A stretch of 64,000 nucleotides of DNA from Chiloscyllium plagiosum. Its lineage: Eukaryota. The notes under the pieces were generated by a model. It saw nothing but the letters and a program-made list of their open reading frames with translations. It searched no databases and was not told where the DNA came from. Within the stretch, counting starts at the first letter, position 1; the number at the start of each line of letters is the position of its first letter. Location of the stretch: NCBI RefSeq assembly GCF_004010195.1, contig NC_057717.1, positions 107,321,093-107,385,092 on the forward strand, written 5' to 3'. Below are positions 1 through 13,127 of the stretch, in pieces. The position numbers and the translations under genes are program-made.

Positions 1-745
1 AACAGGGTGACTGCACCTTTCCTATTTCTGACTTCAGCCCATACTACCTCTAAAGGCAGATCCCCCTCAAACTGCCTTTCTGCAGCTGTTATACCATTTC
101 TAATTAGCAACGCCACCCCCCCTCCTTTTTTACCACCCTCCCTAATCCTACTGAAACATCTGTAACCAGGAACCTCCAACAACCATTCCTGTCCCTCTTA
201 TATCCACGTTTCCATGATGGCCACAACATCGTAGTCCCAGGTACCTATCCACGCCTTAAGTTCACCGACCTTATTTCTGATACTCCTTGTACTGAAACAT
301 CTGTAACCAGGAACCTCCAACAACCATTCCTGTCCCTCTTATATCCACGTTTCCATGATGGCCACAACATCGTAGTCCCAGGTACCTATCCACGCCTTAA
401 GTTCACCGACCTTATTTCTGATACTCCTTGCGTTGAAGTATACGCACTTGAACCCATCTCTGTGTCCGCAAGTATTCCCTGTCAGTGCCAACTTCTTCAC
501 AGCCTCCCCACACACTTGGACATCCTGACAAACAGCTAGCCTACTTGCTGGACTACAAGTCCGGATCCCATCCCCCTGCCAAATTAGTTTAAACCCCCCC
601 GAAGATAGCTAGCAAACCTACCCCCCAGGATATTGGTGCCCTTCTGGTTCAGGTGCAACCCGTCCTGCTTGTACAGGTCCCACCTTCCCCAGAATGCAGT
701 CAAATTGTCCAAATACCTGAAGCCCTCCCTCCTACACCATCCTTG
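1..745 (-). mobile_element. CR1 LINE fragment: ORF1 C-terminus (SGNH/esterase-like) plus ORF2 N-terminal AP-endonuclease, decayed
   Basis: Minus strand reads ...WCRREGFRYLDNLTAFWGRWDLYKQDGLHLNQKGTNILGG (ORF1), then ARSIRNKVGELKAWIGTWDYDVVAIMETWI*EGQEW...GGGVALL (APE domain) with an in-frame stop. Confidence 0.85.
149..430. repeat. Perfect 141-bp tandem duplication inside the CR1 endonuclease region
   Basis: 149-289 and 290-430 are identical by eye (tactgaaacatctg...gatactccttg). Confidence 0.95.
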
Positions 746-1269
746 CAGCCACATCATAGACAATCCCCAGATTGTAAGTGCCAGCGGCTCAGAAAAAAGG
801 TAAATCTAAGGATCAGATGGTGGAGGCATTGTGGAGAAACTATGCAGAAGGATCCACAGAAGTAGCCAATACCTGGCCATGTCAGGGTCTACATTAAGGT
901 GAGGGCAGTCAAACCACCCTAGACCAAGCCCAATTTCTGACAGATCAGGGGCGGGCATGCGTTCGCCTACCTGCAAAACCATCAGCAGGAGCCTGCAAAC
1001 TCTGCTCACATGGACAACGGTTGTGCCATTTAAAAAAAGATAAGGAATCTATTATAGTGTGTCAGTTGGTGTTAATTATATTCAGAAGCTGGGTATTAAT
1101 TGAAGATCATCTTTTAATAGAGATTTTTATTAGAGATGTGCAAATGCATTTGTAATATGTGTATGTATATGTATGTATTTGTAATAAAAGCTTAGAAGTG
1201 AACAAAGACTAGCTTCACTGCACAACTATCTGGGTTTCAATACAAGTAATTGAATCACAAATATTTCAC

Positions 1270-2890
1270 CATCAATAGAAGAGCCCAGCACATTAGTGCA
1301 AAAGAAAAAGCTTAAGCATCTGCCACCATCTTCAGCAAGAAGAGCTGAGTGGATGACCCATCTTGGCCTCCTCCAGAGGTCCCCCGATTCACAAGTGCCA
1401 GTTTTCAGCATATTCAATTCACCCACTGTGATATCAAGAAATGGCTGCAGGCACTAAACACTTCAAAGACTATGGGCCCTGACAACATTCTGACAATAGT
1501 ACTGAATGCTTGTGCTCCAGAGCGAGCCATGCCCCTATTCAGGCTGCCTGAGTACAGCTGCAACATTGGCAAATATCTGATAATGTGGAAAATTGCATGT
1601 CCTCCAGACAAAATTCCAATCCAGTCAATTTCCACAAATCAGCCTCTTCTTAGTCATCAGCAAAGAGATGGAGAGGTTCTCTGATTGTGCCAGCTCCAGC
1701 CACTTACACTGCAATAATTACGTGCCCACTTTAGTTCCATAAGGGCTACTCTGCTCTTGACCTCATTACAACCTTGGTCCAGAGATGGTCAAGAGAGTCA
1801 ACCTCAAAAAACGTGAGAGAGATTGCCCTTGATATCAAGAATGCATTTGATTGAATGTGGCATCAAGGAGCCTTAGTAAAACTGGAGTCAATGGTGATCA
1901 AGGTGAAAGCTCTCCACTGGTTGGAATCATATGTGGTAAAAAGGAGAACAGTTGTGGTTGTTGGAGGTCAGTTATCTGTGCTCCAAAACATTGCTGCAGA
2001 GGTTATTCAGGGTAGCATTCCAGGCCCAACCATCTTGGTGCATCAATGATCTTCCCTTCATCATAAGTTAGACATGGGGATATTCTCTCCATATGCAGCA
2101 AGATCTGGATATTATTCAGGCTTGTGTTAAATTTGCGCCACACAAGTGCCAGCAATGACTATATTGTAAAAGACAGTAGTTAACCATCTTACATTGACAT
2201 TCAATGACATTACCAATGTAATGTCATTACCAATCAAAATTCTACCATTTGCCATTGACTAGAGACTGAACTGGACCAACTATAGAAGTCCTGTGGCGAC
2301 AAAACCAGGCCAGAGCCTTAGAATCCTGCAGCATATAACTCAGTACTTAACTCCCCAATGCCTGTCCACCAAGTACAAGGCACAAATCAGGAGTGTGATA
2401 GAATAATCCTGACTTGCCTCAATGAGTGCAGCTCTGAAGACTCAAGAAGTTCAACACCATTTCGAACAAAGCAGCTGACTCGATTGGTGCCCCATCCACA
2501 ACCTTAAATATTCACTCCATCCACTACTGACAGTGGAAGCATTATATACATTACTTAAATTATGCAAGATGTAATGCAGCATTTCACCAAGGCTCCTTCA
2601 AATATATCTTCCAAACCCACAACTTCTGCTACCAAGAAGGACAAGGCAACAAATGCTCCCTTAAACTTCCCTTCTCAAGCCACACTTGACTTGGAACTAT
2701 AAATGCTGTTCCTTCACTACTGCTTACTCAAAATACAGGAACTTCTTCCTGAACAGCACTGCCGAAGTCCCTGCAACACGTGGACTGCAGCACATCAATG
2801 GGCACCTCACCACCATCTTCTCTAGGTCAGTTAGGAATGAGCAACAGATAGTGGCCTAGCCAGCAACATTGACATGCCATTCAAGAATAT
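1270..2890 (+). mobile_element. Decayed non-LTR retrotransposon (CR1/L2/Jockey-group, distinct from HER1-type CR1), RT region to 3' end
   Basis: Fragmented RT peptides DIKKWLQALNTSKTMGPDNI, MWHQGALVKLESM...LHWLESY, QGSIPGPTI; 3' tail related to the copy at 59430-61710. Confidence 0.75.
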
Positions 2891-2935
2891 TTCAAAATAG
2901 TTTTAAAACCCTCAAGCAGCCTGTCTGAAGCATTA

Positions 2936-3127
2936 AATAAAAACCGACAGAACTGTGGATGCTTTGAAACAAAAACAGATGTTGCTGGAAAAGCTCAGCA
3001 GATCTGGCAGCATCTGTGAACAGAAAGCAAAGCTAATGTTTCAGGTCCGGTGACCCTTCCTCATTTCACTTCACAGATGCTGCCAGATCTGCTGTGCTTT
3101 TCCAGCAACTTCTGTTTTAGTTTCTAA
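2936..3127. mobile_element. Short fold-back (Penelope pLTR-derived) insertion with 11-bp TSD
   Basis: About 55-bp inverted arms (gaaacaaaaacagatgttgctggaaaag...catctgtgaa / ttcacagatg...ttctgttttagtttc); direct repeat ctgaagcatta at 2925-2935 and 3128-3138. Confidence 0.75.
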
Positions 3128-3819
3128 CTGAAGCATTACCCAGAGCGTTACACACATTACGACAACCAATTTATACTTTTTGAATTAATTGCTGCTGTTG
3201 GGTCCCAATAGAAACATTTCAATGAATCCCATTAAATATAAGGAAATAAATGCCACAATTGTGCTATTTTTCCCTAGTTCTATCATCTCCCATGGGAGAT
3301 TAGATCCACTGTACCACTCTAATTTCACCTTAAGCTGTTATTCTAGTGATGCTGCAGTTTTATCACCAAATTGGTGCAGCACAGGAGGCCATTTCACCTG
3401 TTTCACCTTTGCTGGCTCCCTAGAGGAGAAATTTACTTTGTGTCACCCCTCTGCCTCCTCCCAGCAATCCCTTCACTTCCTTCTTTTTCAGATAACAATC
3501 CAATTCTCTCTTGAATGGTTCAATTGCCTCTATGTCTTAGCCGTAATGTTTTAAATGTTAAACACTCTTCCATGAGAAAGATTGTCCTCAAGTTGTTATT
3601 GTGCTTTTGCCAAGTAACTTAGATCCCCACCTCCTTGTTCTCAACCCTTCCACTGATGTGAACAGTTTTTTCTATCTACAATGTACAGACCCCTCACCTC
3701 TCTATCAAATCTCCTCTCAACTCATTCTTCTCCAAGGAAGACTGTCCCAACTTTTCAAATCTATCCAAGTAACTTGAATTCCTTATCCTTGGGTCCATTC
3801 TATTCACTCACATAGCTGG

Positions 3820-4470
3820 CTGCATTCTTCTTTGTTTCTTTTTGTTTTGTTTCTTCATTTCTCTTTTTGATCAAAGTTCACCTTTACTTCTCTTCTGCGG
3901 TTGTGGTGGTGGAAGGCAGTTGCAAGGGCCCACTGTGGCAGTGGTAGTGTGGTGGATCCGATGTCTATTCCTCATGTCAATAGTAGCCGTGGCTTTATCA
4001 TTGGTGGGTTTGGTCCGTTCCTCCTGACGGTAGTTTCAGTGATGGTTATAGCGGTGATAGCATGGTGGTCCTGGTTTGTTCCCAGTGGCTATGGTAGCAA
4101 TGTGGCAGCTTCAGGTAACAAGTGAAGGGGTGATGGCTTCAGCATCAGTAACTTGGAGGCTCCACTCTGTCCTTCCTGGCTATGGCGATGTTATAGTGAC
4201 TTTGGTGTTGGCTTTGGCAGTGGCAGTGTAGTGGGTCCAGTCCGGAAATCTTTGCTTTGGTAGCCCCAGCGTGGCGTTGGCTGTGGCATAGCCACTGTAT
4301 AGACCCAGAATGCCGTGGAGAGAAAAACTGATGAATTTTGTCTTAACTTTGTCTCAGTTATTTCTCTCTATAATTACTGTAATTAAAATGGCACTGAATT
4401 GTGGCCACTTATGCACATCTCACTGTATTTTCATAAACACAAGTGACAGTACATTGCTATTCTATTTTGT
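3820..4470 (+). mobile_element. Unclassified non-autonomous retroelement-like sequence
   Basis: Pyrimidine tract, then a gtggca/gtggt-rich body, then the tail actgtattt...caagtgacagtacattgctattctatt; same architecture as 25795-26555. Confidence 0.35.
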
Positions 4471-4924
4471 ATTCCTTTTCTAAAGACTTTGCATCATTAA
4501 TAAAATGTGGCACCCACAAATGATCACATTAATCCAGTTGATGCTGAACCAGTGCTCTATACATGTTTAACATAACTCCCTTGGTTTTATACTCTATGCC
4601 CTGTTAATAAAGCCTTGGATACTGAACGCATTATTAACTCCACCTGCTTTGTCACCTTGAATGTTTGTGCGCACGTTCACCCAGTTCCTTCAACTCATGC
4701 ACCTCCTTTAGATTAGTAACCTTTGTTTTATATAGCTTTTCCATGTTACTCCTGTCAAAATGCAGCACTTCTTACTTTTCTGCCACTTTTCATCCACCAC
4801 TTTTCTACCCACTCCACCAAACCATTTGTGGAATGGGTAGAAAAGTGGATCCTTTAGTGCCTCTGCATAAAAGAGCAGGCAAAGTTGCAACAGTATCAGA
4901 GGGCCAAAGGATGACGGGGCTGCT

Positions 4925-5095
4925 CTCTCATTGGAAAGTGAGATATAACTGGCGGTAGTTTAACCCGAGGGTCACAACACCTCAGGTGAGGGGAGAGGTT
5001 CAGAAAGCAGGATCTTCATGGCATGGGAATTGACCCACATGCTGGCATCACTATGCGATGCAAATTAGCTGTTCAGCCAAGTGAGCTAACTGAAC
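4925..5095 (-). mobile_element. tRNA-derived SINE (second family)
   Basis: Minus strand begins gttcagttagctcacttggctg (A-box like) ... gggtcaattccc (B-box like); homologous to 21107-21300. Confidence 0.6.
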
Positions 5096-7952
5096 CTCCC
5101 CCCACCCCCCACTCTACCCTTAGGAGTACTATCATTGTGTCATGAGAGCCCTAATTATACTTGAGTGCCAACTGATGTTAGGGTTGTCACAATGAATAAT
5201 TAATTCCAAGCAACTATTCACAACAATTAAAGCCTTTGTACTTATCATGGTGAACCAAAGCTCAACCAGCAGAAAATACTTTAAAGCCAATCATTCTGGA
5301 AGCAAAGTTGATGCTGTTGGAGCCAATTTCTTTCGGTCATTATGCAGCAATCAGACGACCTCCTGATTTTTTTTTAGAAATGTTGATGTAACTCATTTTA
5401 CTTGAGAAAGCAGAGGAGAATTCCCAATGCAGGATGAAAAGGTGAAAACAGTAAAAGACATAAGATCGATCAAAAAAAAAGGTGAGTAAATTTAAATGTT
5501 GACTATTGGGGCAAGGAAAAACAAAAGGGATGAGGAGACGGTAGTTACACAGTTTTGACACCCGGAGAAAGCGGTTTTGAGGAAAATTTGAGGATGTAAA
5601 ACGTTAACTTTGATATGTGGCAGATGTAAAGGATATCGGGTGGAGAATTTTCAACAACTGGAAAGTTCAGAAATGCATTAGCAATCATTGTATTGGTGGA
5701 AAGAGGCAAGAAAAGCTGAGATAAAAGACTGATTTGGAAGGCTATAGGAAGAAGAAATATAACATATGACAGAGAGTTTTCTGCCACTCGAGTCCACATT
5801 TTGAATAAACTTGATTCTGAAACAGAGGCATATTAGCAGCTCACTGCTGCCACATGGTGGTATTAGGGAAGACTGACAAAAAGCAGCAGTGTCAAAAATC
5901 CCGCTGGGTAAATCATCCAGATTATTCCATGGTATGAAGACATTTTGTACCTTATCAGATTTTTCTTTTCATCATTAATTCTATCTGGAACTTGTTCTCC
6001 ACCCTAACCATTGTCACCCCACCACAGGCGCAAGCACAAGGTTTGGGGGTTAGTGGAGGCAAGCAGTACCAACATTCCTTCCAGTAGGAGTCACTGGATA
6101 ATGATCAGCACAACAGTCAGGGTTTAATTTTCCCATTCCCTGTTGTCGCCCCACATTTCACTACCCTCTTGACTAAAATCAAGTAACGGTTCGAACCACT
6201 ATTGGAATTTGGAGCCACTGAGCTATCACTACCAGTGTCTGGAGCTGCAAGCTTTCCATTTGCTGCCTGAAATGATGTATTGAATAGAAAGCCATTATTG
6301 TGTACCTGCACCACACTGGGTCAGGAAGTTGGAGCTGCAAATGAAAGTGGTGCCCCCATTCTTGCAACCTATCCCTCACTGTCTTGCTGGCCATCTCATC
6401 AATGCCATCCCTGCATCTCGACATCTCCCCACTCGCTATCCCTGCCCCCCACCATCCTGCAGCCCCCAACCTGCTGCACCCCTAATAATCAAGGTTGACA
6501 CTTCAGGCTGGTCCATAGGATAAGGAGATTGGTAAAGCATTGAGAGCTCTTTATCAGCATTCCTTGGATCAACAGCAATTCACATGCTTTCAGGGGCAAG
6601 AGGCTTTTACAGAAAATAAAATTTAAGTAAGAAGCCATTAAACAAGTCCTGCCAGCATTGCCTGGGCAGTGAGGGGATCCCACCCAGTAGGTGCAATGAC
6701 AAAAAACAGAAATCATCCCATTTCTGTTTCCATTAAAGATCCACTGCATAATCTCTCAAACTGTGGATCTGACATCAGATTCAACCTTACAAATTAAACA
6801 TAATTAATAGCAACCATTTTAACTAAATATTTTTGCAATTAATTTTTTAAAAATAGAAGGTTTGTTCCAAATTTAATGTTTGCTAATGCACTGTCATCAG
6901 AATGGTCCCCTCCCATCCTGATATCAGTCAACAATCATTATCACTGTTTCTAAAACACTCCCACCTTGCTGTTTTTAAGCATTCATTCTAAACCCCACAG
7001 AAAATGGATTCCGTTCCTGAATCAGACTTTATTTGATTGATCATAAGAAGGATTCAACAGGCACAGTCTGCTTCTACTGAATATAGAGAATTCTGTCCTT
7101 TCCCAGTTTGGCCAGAATCCATAACGCTGTTCCCTTTGCAAGAAGGAGTTGAGTCTGATCTCATACATTCTTAAGTAGAATACAGAATAATCTAGTGCAG
7201 TATCTTCACATGACAGCCAGATGTTCTAAGGATACTCCTCATCCTGTTCCAAATTTGTCAGAGTTCCAATCAAACATGACCAACTCCAAGGATCACACTC
7301 CAGTTAGATGGTTCCCTTGATTAACACCTTAAGTGTATTCTTCATCATACCCATGGGTCACCAGATTTCCAAAATTCAAAACCAGGATACATTAAAATGC
7401 CATGAGAATGTGGGGCTCCATGATTAACATTTTGGACAACTGAGGATGTGAAGCTGAGGGAAGGACTTAAGAAGGTGAGGTATCATGTGGTGACATTTTC
7501 TGGAATCTGTCCAGCCAGAAAGGCTAGTCCTATTCTGCAGATCATTTAAAAGATGTCATCAGCAATAGGGCTGATCGCTCAAAAAAGTTAGTTACAACTC
7601 CCTTGGGAACACTCGGGACGGTTACATTATGATGCATATTCATGGGAAGAAGAACCAAATGTTGCTCAGATTTTTCCCAACCAGGCTCAGTTTAGATTTG
7701 ACAAAAAGGAAAAAGGTGAAAACAAGGACATTTTTAGGAAACAGTCAGGACTCTGGAACAGCTATTGAAAAACTAAGACTATCTGTACAGATCACAGACA
7801 TCTGATTATCCTGTGCTACTTTGATGTATGTGTTTAGTTACTTCATGGGAGCAAGATCTGAATGATAGATGTTGCCATTTCCACTTGGCTCTTATGTGGT
7901 TGAGCCACTTGTTGTCTTGCAGTAATTTCAACTGTATGCATCTCACTCTTAC

Positions 7953-8185
7953 CTGGCCTCCTCCTGGTCTGCCTGTGTAATAGCTATGCGTGGAGGGATG
8001 AGTAGAGGCAGAGTGGTTGGCCTCTGGAATCTGTCTATCTCTGGTGATCTGGACCTTGTTCTCCACTGTGGTACCTGCAAGGTGCCAGAGAAGGTGCGGC
8101 GACCTCGACGTGGATCCACTCCCAGCGTGCTGCTGGAGGTGTACGATCGACTGCACCGCCCAACATCCAAAGTCTCCTTATTTTT
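7953..8185 (-). CDS. PDE4A: Internal coding exon of PDE4 long-isoform N-terminus (PDE4A8/PDE4B1/PDE4D7-type)
   Basis: Acceptor ttcttttctttctcttag|AAA and donor CCAG|gtaaga. 233 nt, phase 0 in and phase 2 out. Peptide KNKETLDVGRCSRSYTSSSTLGVDPRRGRRTFSGTLQVPQWRTRSRSPEIDRFQRPTTLPLLIPPRIAITQADQEEA; RPTTLPLLIPPRI.IT matches, from memory, human PDE4A8. Family assignment is strong; paralogue assignment is less so. Confidence 0.88.
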
Positions 8186-9502
8186 CTAAGAGAAAGAAAA
8201 GAATCAATCAAGCTTTGAATAGTTTCACCAACAACTGAGAATTTCTAAAAAAAATGAGAGTTTCTGTCCATTTGCTAGCTTCAGCAGCTACTGTTAACAA
8301 AGTCCTTTCTATCTGCCACATTGCCTCAAAATATGCCAAGCAATTTTCACAGTACCTAGAAATATTGACACTTCTCAGACAGGTCATTTCTTTCCCTCTC
8401 CCCTATATCTGTGTAAAATTGCAGTTGAAAATTGAAACAACTCAATGCCTCTTTTCTTCAGACTAAAATCACAATCAACGTCCTCAACAATTTATTGTAA
8501 TTTTTAAATCTTTCACTTCTCCCTCTGCTGAATACATGTGTAGAGTTCACTGCATATAGCAGGAATATTGGTGTAATGGGATTCACCTGCTATAGGTGAT
8601 GGACTGTTAGCAAAAGAACAGAATAACCAACTTACTTTTTAAAAACAAACAACTTTAAAACTTAGCAACTCTACATGAACACTGTTACAATTGTATGTTA
8701 AATTTTCTTACACGTCCAAAATAGTCAAGTTGAAATGTCCTTGTAATATTTGTCCTGGTAATACTAATTTTAAGTATATTTTTAAGTATAAAGTATATTT
8801 TTTGGGAAATATGTACCAACTGCCTCTCCTGACTGTTAATATCCTATCACTGAGATAATTGGACTTCAACAAAGTACAAATGGCAGACTGAAAACCCAAC
8901 CTTGCCTGAATCAGCAGCACCATTTAAAAGGGGTAAATACAAAGTAAGTACTTAATGAATTGCCTGAAATAGCATAATTAATCTGCTATGAGAGCAACTT
9001 TTGGAATTGACTCATATCTTAATTGTTTGACACTAGTTACATAGTGTAATGCTGTCCTTGAGAAGTGCAGATGATAAAAATTGTTGGTACTGTAATCAGA
9101 TAGAAAACTCTCCACTGAGGGGAACAGGTCACAAAATTGATACAGATGAGAAAGGCCACATAGCTTAACTTAATTCTATAGTTCCTTCATTGTTACACCC
9201 ATCTTTTTTAAATGTCTCTGATAGTTGACATAAATTTAATAATAGGGAAACATTGCACTGTCAAATCATTTGGGGTAATTCCAAGGCTCTACTATCTTTT
9301 AAAGTGGTAGCATAAGATCACATTGAGAGAAAACCAGGTATAATTTTCCCACTAACTTTGCTCAACCAACACAAATATAAACAGAATATTTGGTCATTCT
9401 GCTGTGGAAATGGACTGGTTTCCTTGACTTCATTTCTAAACTAATCCATTCATTGTGGTGAGATGGTGAGATTTTGGAGAAAATTTATAGCTCAGGTAGT
9501 GG

Positions 9503-10534
9503 ATCAGGTTGTAAGTTTTCTCACTGAGCTAGTAGATTTGTTTTCATACATTTCACCACCTTGCTAGGTAACATCATCAGTGAGCCTCTGGTGAAGCTTT
9601 GGTTTCTATCCCACTTACTATTTATGTGTCTTGGTTTGTCGCAGTGTGCAATGTCATTTTTGGTACTGTTTCTGAGAGGTTGGTAAATTGGGTCCAAATC
9701 AATATGTTTGTTAATGAAGTTTCAGTTTGAATGCGAGGCCTCTAGGAATTCCTGCACGTGTCTTTGCTTGGCCTGTCCCAGGTTGGATGCATTGTCCCAG
9801 ACGAACTGGTTTCCCTCTGGTCTGTGACAGTTGGTCATGTCTTTTGGTGGCTAGTTGGTGCTCATGTTGGTGATTTCTGCACAATGGACCTAAACAGGAA
9901 GACACAACATGCCTAGAGACTCTAGTCACCCTCCCTTACATCAAAAACATTTAGGAGGTGACCACCAGATTACTCCAGGCCGAGGCATTATGGTAGCCCA
10001 CAAACCTACTACTACAATAAAACAACTACTGATCAATTTAAAGGACCCTGTACCCACAGCCAGCAGAACGAACATAATATACAAAATACTCTGCAAGGAA
10101 CTGCAACAAACATTACATTGGCCAAACCAGCAGGAAACTAGCCACCAGAATACATGAGCACCAACTAGCCACCAAAAAGACATGACCAACCATCATTGGT
10201 ATTCACACATACAGATGAAGAGGGGCACCAGTTCGACTGGAACAATGCATCCAACCTGGGAAAGGCCAAACAAAGACACACGCAACCATCCCTAGAGGAC
10301 TGGCATTCAAACTGGAACTCAATTAACAAACACATAGATTTGAACCCCATTTACGAACCTCTCAGAAACAGAACCAGAAATGATATCATACACCACAACA
10401 AACCAAGACACGTAAATAGCAGGCAGAACAGTACACCAACACTTTGCCAGAGGCTCACTGTTGATGTTATTTAACATGGTGAAGAAATGCTTGAAAACAA
10501 ACCTGCCAGCTCTGTGAGCAAACCCACAACCTGA
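9503..10534 (+). mobile_element. Penelope-like element 3' fragment (GIY-YIG endonuclease) with an inverted copy of its 3' end
   Basis: Frameshifted peptides NIIYKILCK...HEHQLATKRHDQ...HTDEEGHQFDWNNASNLGKAKQRH...SINKHIDLNPIY; about 9503-9867 is an inverted copy of about 10153-10534. Confidence 0.8.
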
Positions 10535-10829
10535 TTGTTAATGGTCTCAGAACATCTTTAAGTTGTGATAAGATACTCTATAAATACAAGACCTTTCTCT
10601 GGTAAGACAGAAATTACATTTATGAAACTGGTATCCCATCCAGAGAGTTTGATTACTGTGTGTATAAAGAACAGAAAAGTAAGAGAAACGTGGATGACAG
10701 AAAGGTCAAAACAATACATTAACATCACATCATCACTTTCATGACTTGCATAATTTTTTGCTGAACTATAAACAGAAAATGCCGAAAGTACTCAGCACAT
10801 CTCAAAGCACCTGTGGAGAGAGGAAAAGA

Positions 10830-10864
10830 ATTAATATTTCAGGTTTCTGACCTTTCATCAGAAC
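10830..10864 (-). ncRNA. Minimal type-I hammerhead ribozyme motif in a Penelope-derived fragment (about 10770-10865)
   Basis: Minus strand: GUU CUGAUGA A AGGU-CAGAA-ACCU GAAA U AUU AAU. Both core boxes, a 4-bp stem II and a 3-bp stem I are present. Confidence 0.45.
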
Positions 10865-11964
10865 CTGCAGGCAACTTATTGCTGAGCTTATCATTATAAT
10901 ACAAAAATCCAAGAAACTAAGTCAATGTCTAAGTCTATCCTTCCATTGGTCATTTGCTATCCATTTGATTGAAAATTACTATTATTTTTGTAATTTTATT
11001 TTGTATTAATTTTGTCAAGATAAGGTGTGATATCCTTGGAGAATCTAAGACTCTCCACTTCAAGCTTTCTGTGTGAAAACTAAATTAGTTCCCATGTGGT
11101 TTGTTAACCTTCACATTGAACTATAACTGCGTCCTCTGTCAGGTGACTAAAAACCAAGTCGATACTGACATATACAACAATTACGTGCAGCATCCCTGAT
11201 GTCAGCAGTTTGGAAGTTAGCAAATGTTACAGCTGTTCACTAAAAGAGGGAGAAAGAAAACAAGAATCTTTAGACATCAGCCATTGGAAAAGTGTTGAAT
11301 ATATTATTAAGAAAGTCTTAACAATGTGAATAGAAAAGGATAGTAAGGTTAGAAAAATACACCACATTTTCAGGAAAGAGAATGCCTGTTTGACAAATTT
11401 ATTCGAGAGTTTGAGGGTGTACTGTAACTAATGTAGATAAAGAGGAATCAGTCGATGTAATTTATTTGGATTTCTAAAAGGGATTCAATAAGGCACTTAA
11501 AAAAGTTAATGCACAAGATAAGGGCTCATAGAGTTGGGTAATATATTAGCATGGATACAGGATTGGTGAGTAAATCCCCCTTTACACTATCCCCATCAAA
11601 CACTCTCAGGGTAGGCACAGCACAGGTTTAGATACATAATCGTCATCAAACTCCCAAGACAGATACAGCGGTTAGGTACAGAGTCATGTCCCTTCTAAAT
11701 TACCCTAACAAATACTTCACTTCTCTGTCTGTTAGAGTCACTATGTTTTATTGTGTGCTGTGCTGTGATCAGGAGAACAGGATTAGAGTTAGACAATATA
11801 CTTTGCAAGGGTCTTTGTACATGGAAAACCAAATAGGGAAGGGAGAAACTAATTCTTGTCAGTCTTCTCATGACTAACTAGGCTTTTAGTAAGAGAAGGT
11901 GAGCTGCTTTGTTTGACACCAAGGTGATTGGGATGGCAATGGGATGCTTGGAAGCAAACAACCC

Positions 11965-12290
11965 ACTACAACTTTTCACTGGGGTCGGGGAGTCCAGAAC
12001 TAGGGGGCATAGGTTTATGGTGAGAGGGGAAAGATATAAAAGAGACCTAAGGGGCAACTTTTTTACGCAGAGGTTGCTACATGTATGGAATGAGCTGCCA
12101 AAGGATGTGGTGGAGGCTGATACAATTGCATTTAAAAGGCATTTGGATGGGTATATGAATAGGAAGGGTTTGGAGGGATATGGGCCAGGTGCTGGCAGGT
12201 GGGACTAGATTGAGTTGGGATATCTGGTCGGCATGGACGGGTTGGACCGAAGGGTCTGTTTCCATGCTGTACATCTCTATGACTCTAACT
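11965..12290 (+). mobile_element. CR1 (HER1-like) LINE 3' end
   Basis: ESRTRGHRFMVRGERYKRDLRGNFFTQR...WNELP; tail ctctatgactcta. Confidence 0.85.
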
Positions 12291-12322
12291 GCTCTGACAA
12301 TCCAAGTGAAGCAGATCTACAG

Positions 12323-12558
12323 TGAAATAACACAATAAAGGCTGGTATACTGCCACCAAGTCATCCTTTATTTACACATGGAAAGTCCTTGACACTGGTC
12401 CAGCTCCCTCAGAGCCAGCTCTCAGAGTGAAGAGAACCTTCAACATTTTTCTTTATGTCTGTCAGGCAGGGCTCCCTGATTGGGCCAAATTAACATCCCC
12501 AATCGGGGAATTCATATTCTATGAGGTCTACTTGGCTGACCTCATTACAATAACTATA
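12323..12558 (-). repeat. 3' LTR of the Gypsy element
   Basis: Aligns with 16968-17188 (aaataac...caccaagtca..tttatttacacat...gctccctcag...ttctatgaggtc); purine tract AAGGGCGAGG (PPT-like) lies just inside. Confidence 0.75.
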
Positions 12559-13127
12559 TGCCTCGCCCTTGAGTCCAAAAACATAAGTCAGTCCTTTTTC
12601 TTGTTGCATCTCCGGAAGCGTTTTAGCACCAGGTCAGGTTCTTCTGAATCAGCATCATATACGGGTGGCATGTAATGCACAGGAGCACACCTATTGCACC
12701 TGGAGCACCTCAGGGGAAATTCACTCTTTGCTTCCTAAAGCACAAGATCTGACATGTGCATCACAGATTCCAAAGTTTCTTCAACGCTTGACAGAGTGGG
12801 AGAACTCACAGGGTCCGACTATTTTCAAGGAGCAGGGAATGTTTTACTCCCATGCCTTTTGCAAGCTCACGGCTTTCATATCGTCCACGTGCTTGTTAGG
12901 CATTCCTGATGCTATTTCACTCTTTCCCTCCCCCCCCCCCCCCCCCTCCCCCCTCTTCCTCAGGCCCAGAAAGATCCTATTTAACTTGATACGGAATCTT
13001 CTCCCCTTTTGCAACTCTGCTGGAGCTATCCTGTGGTTGCACGAGGAGTGGTCCTTTAATCAAATAGGAACTGGGACATTTTGGGATCTTGCGATGGTGT
13101 AGGCTGTTTCTTCAGGCCTATGTTGAC

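Noticed and set aside
7806..8238. Alternative overlapping ORFs (7806-8156 minus, 7986-8189 plus, 8017-8238 plus)
   Set aside because: Shadow frames of the PDE4 exon; only the 7949-8170 frame shows homology and fits the splice sites.
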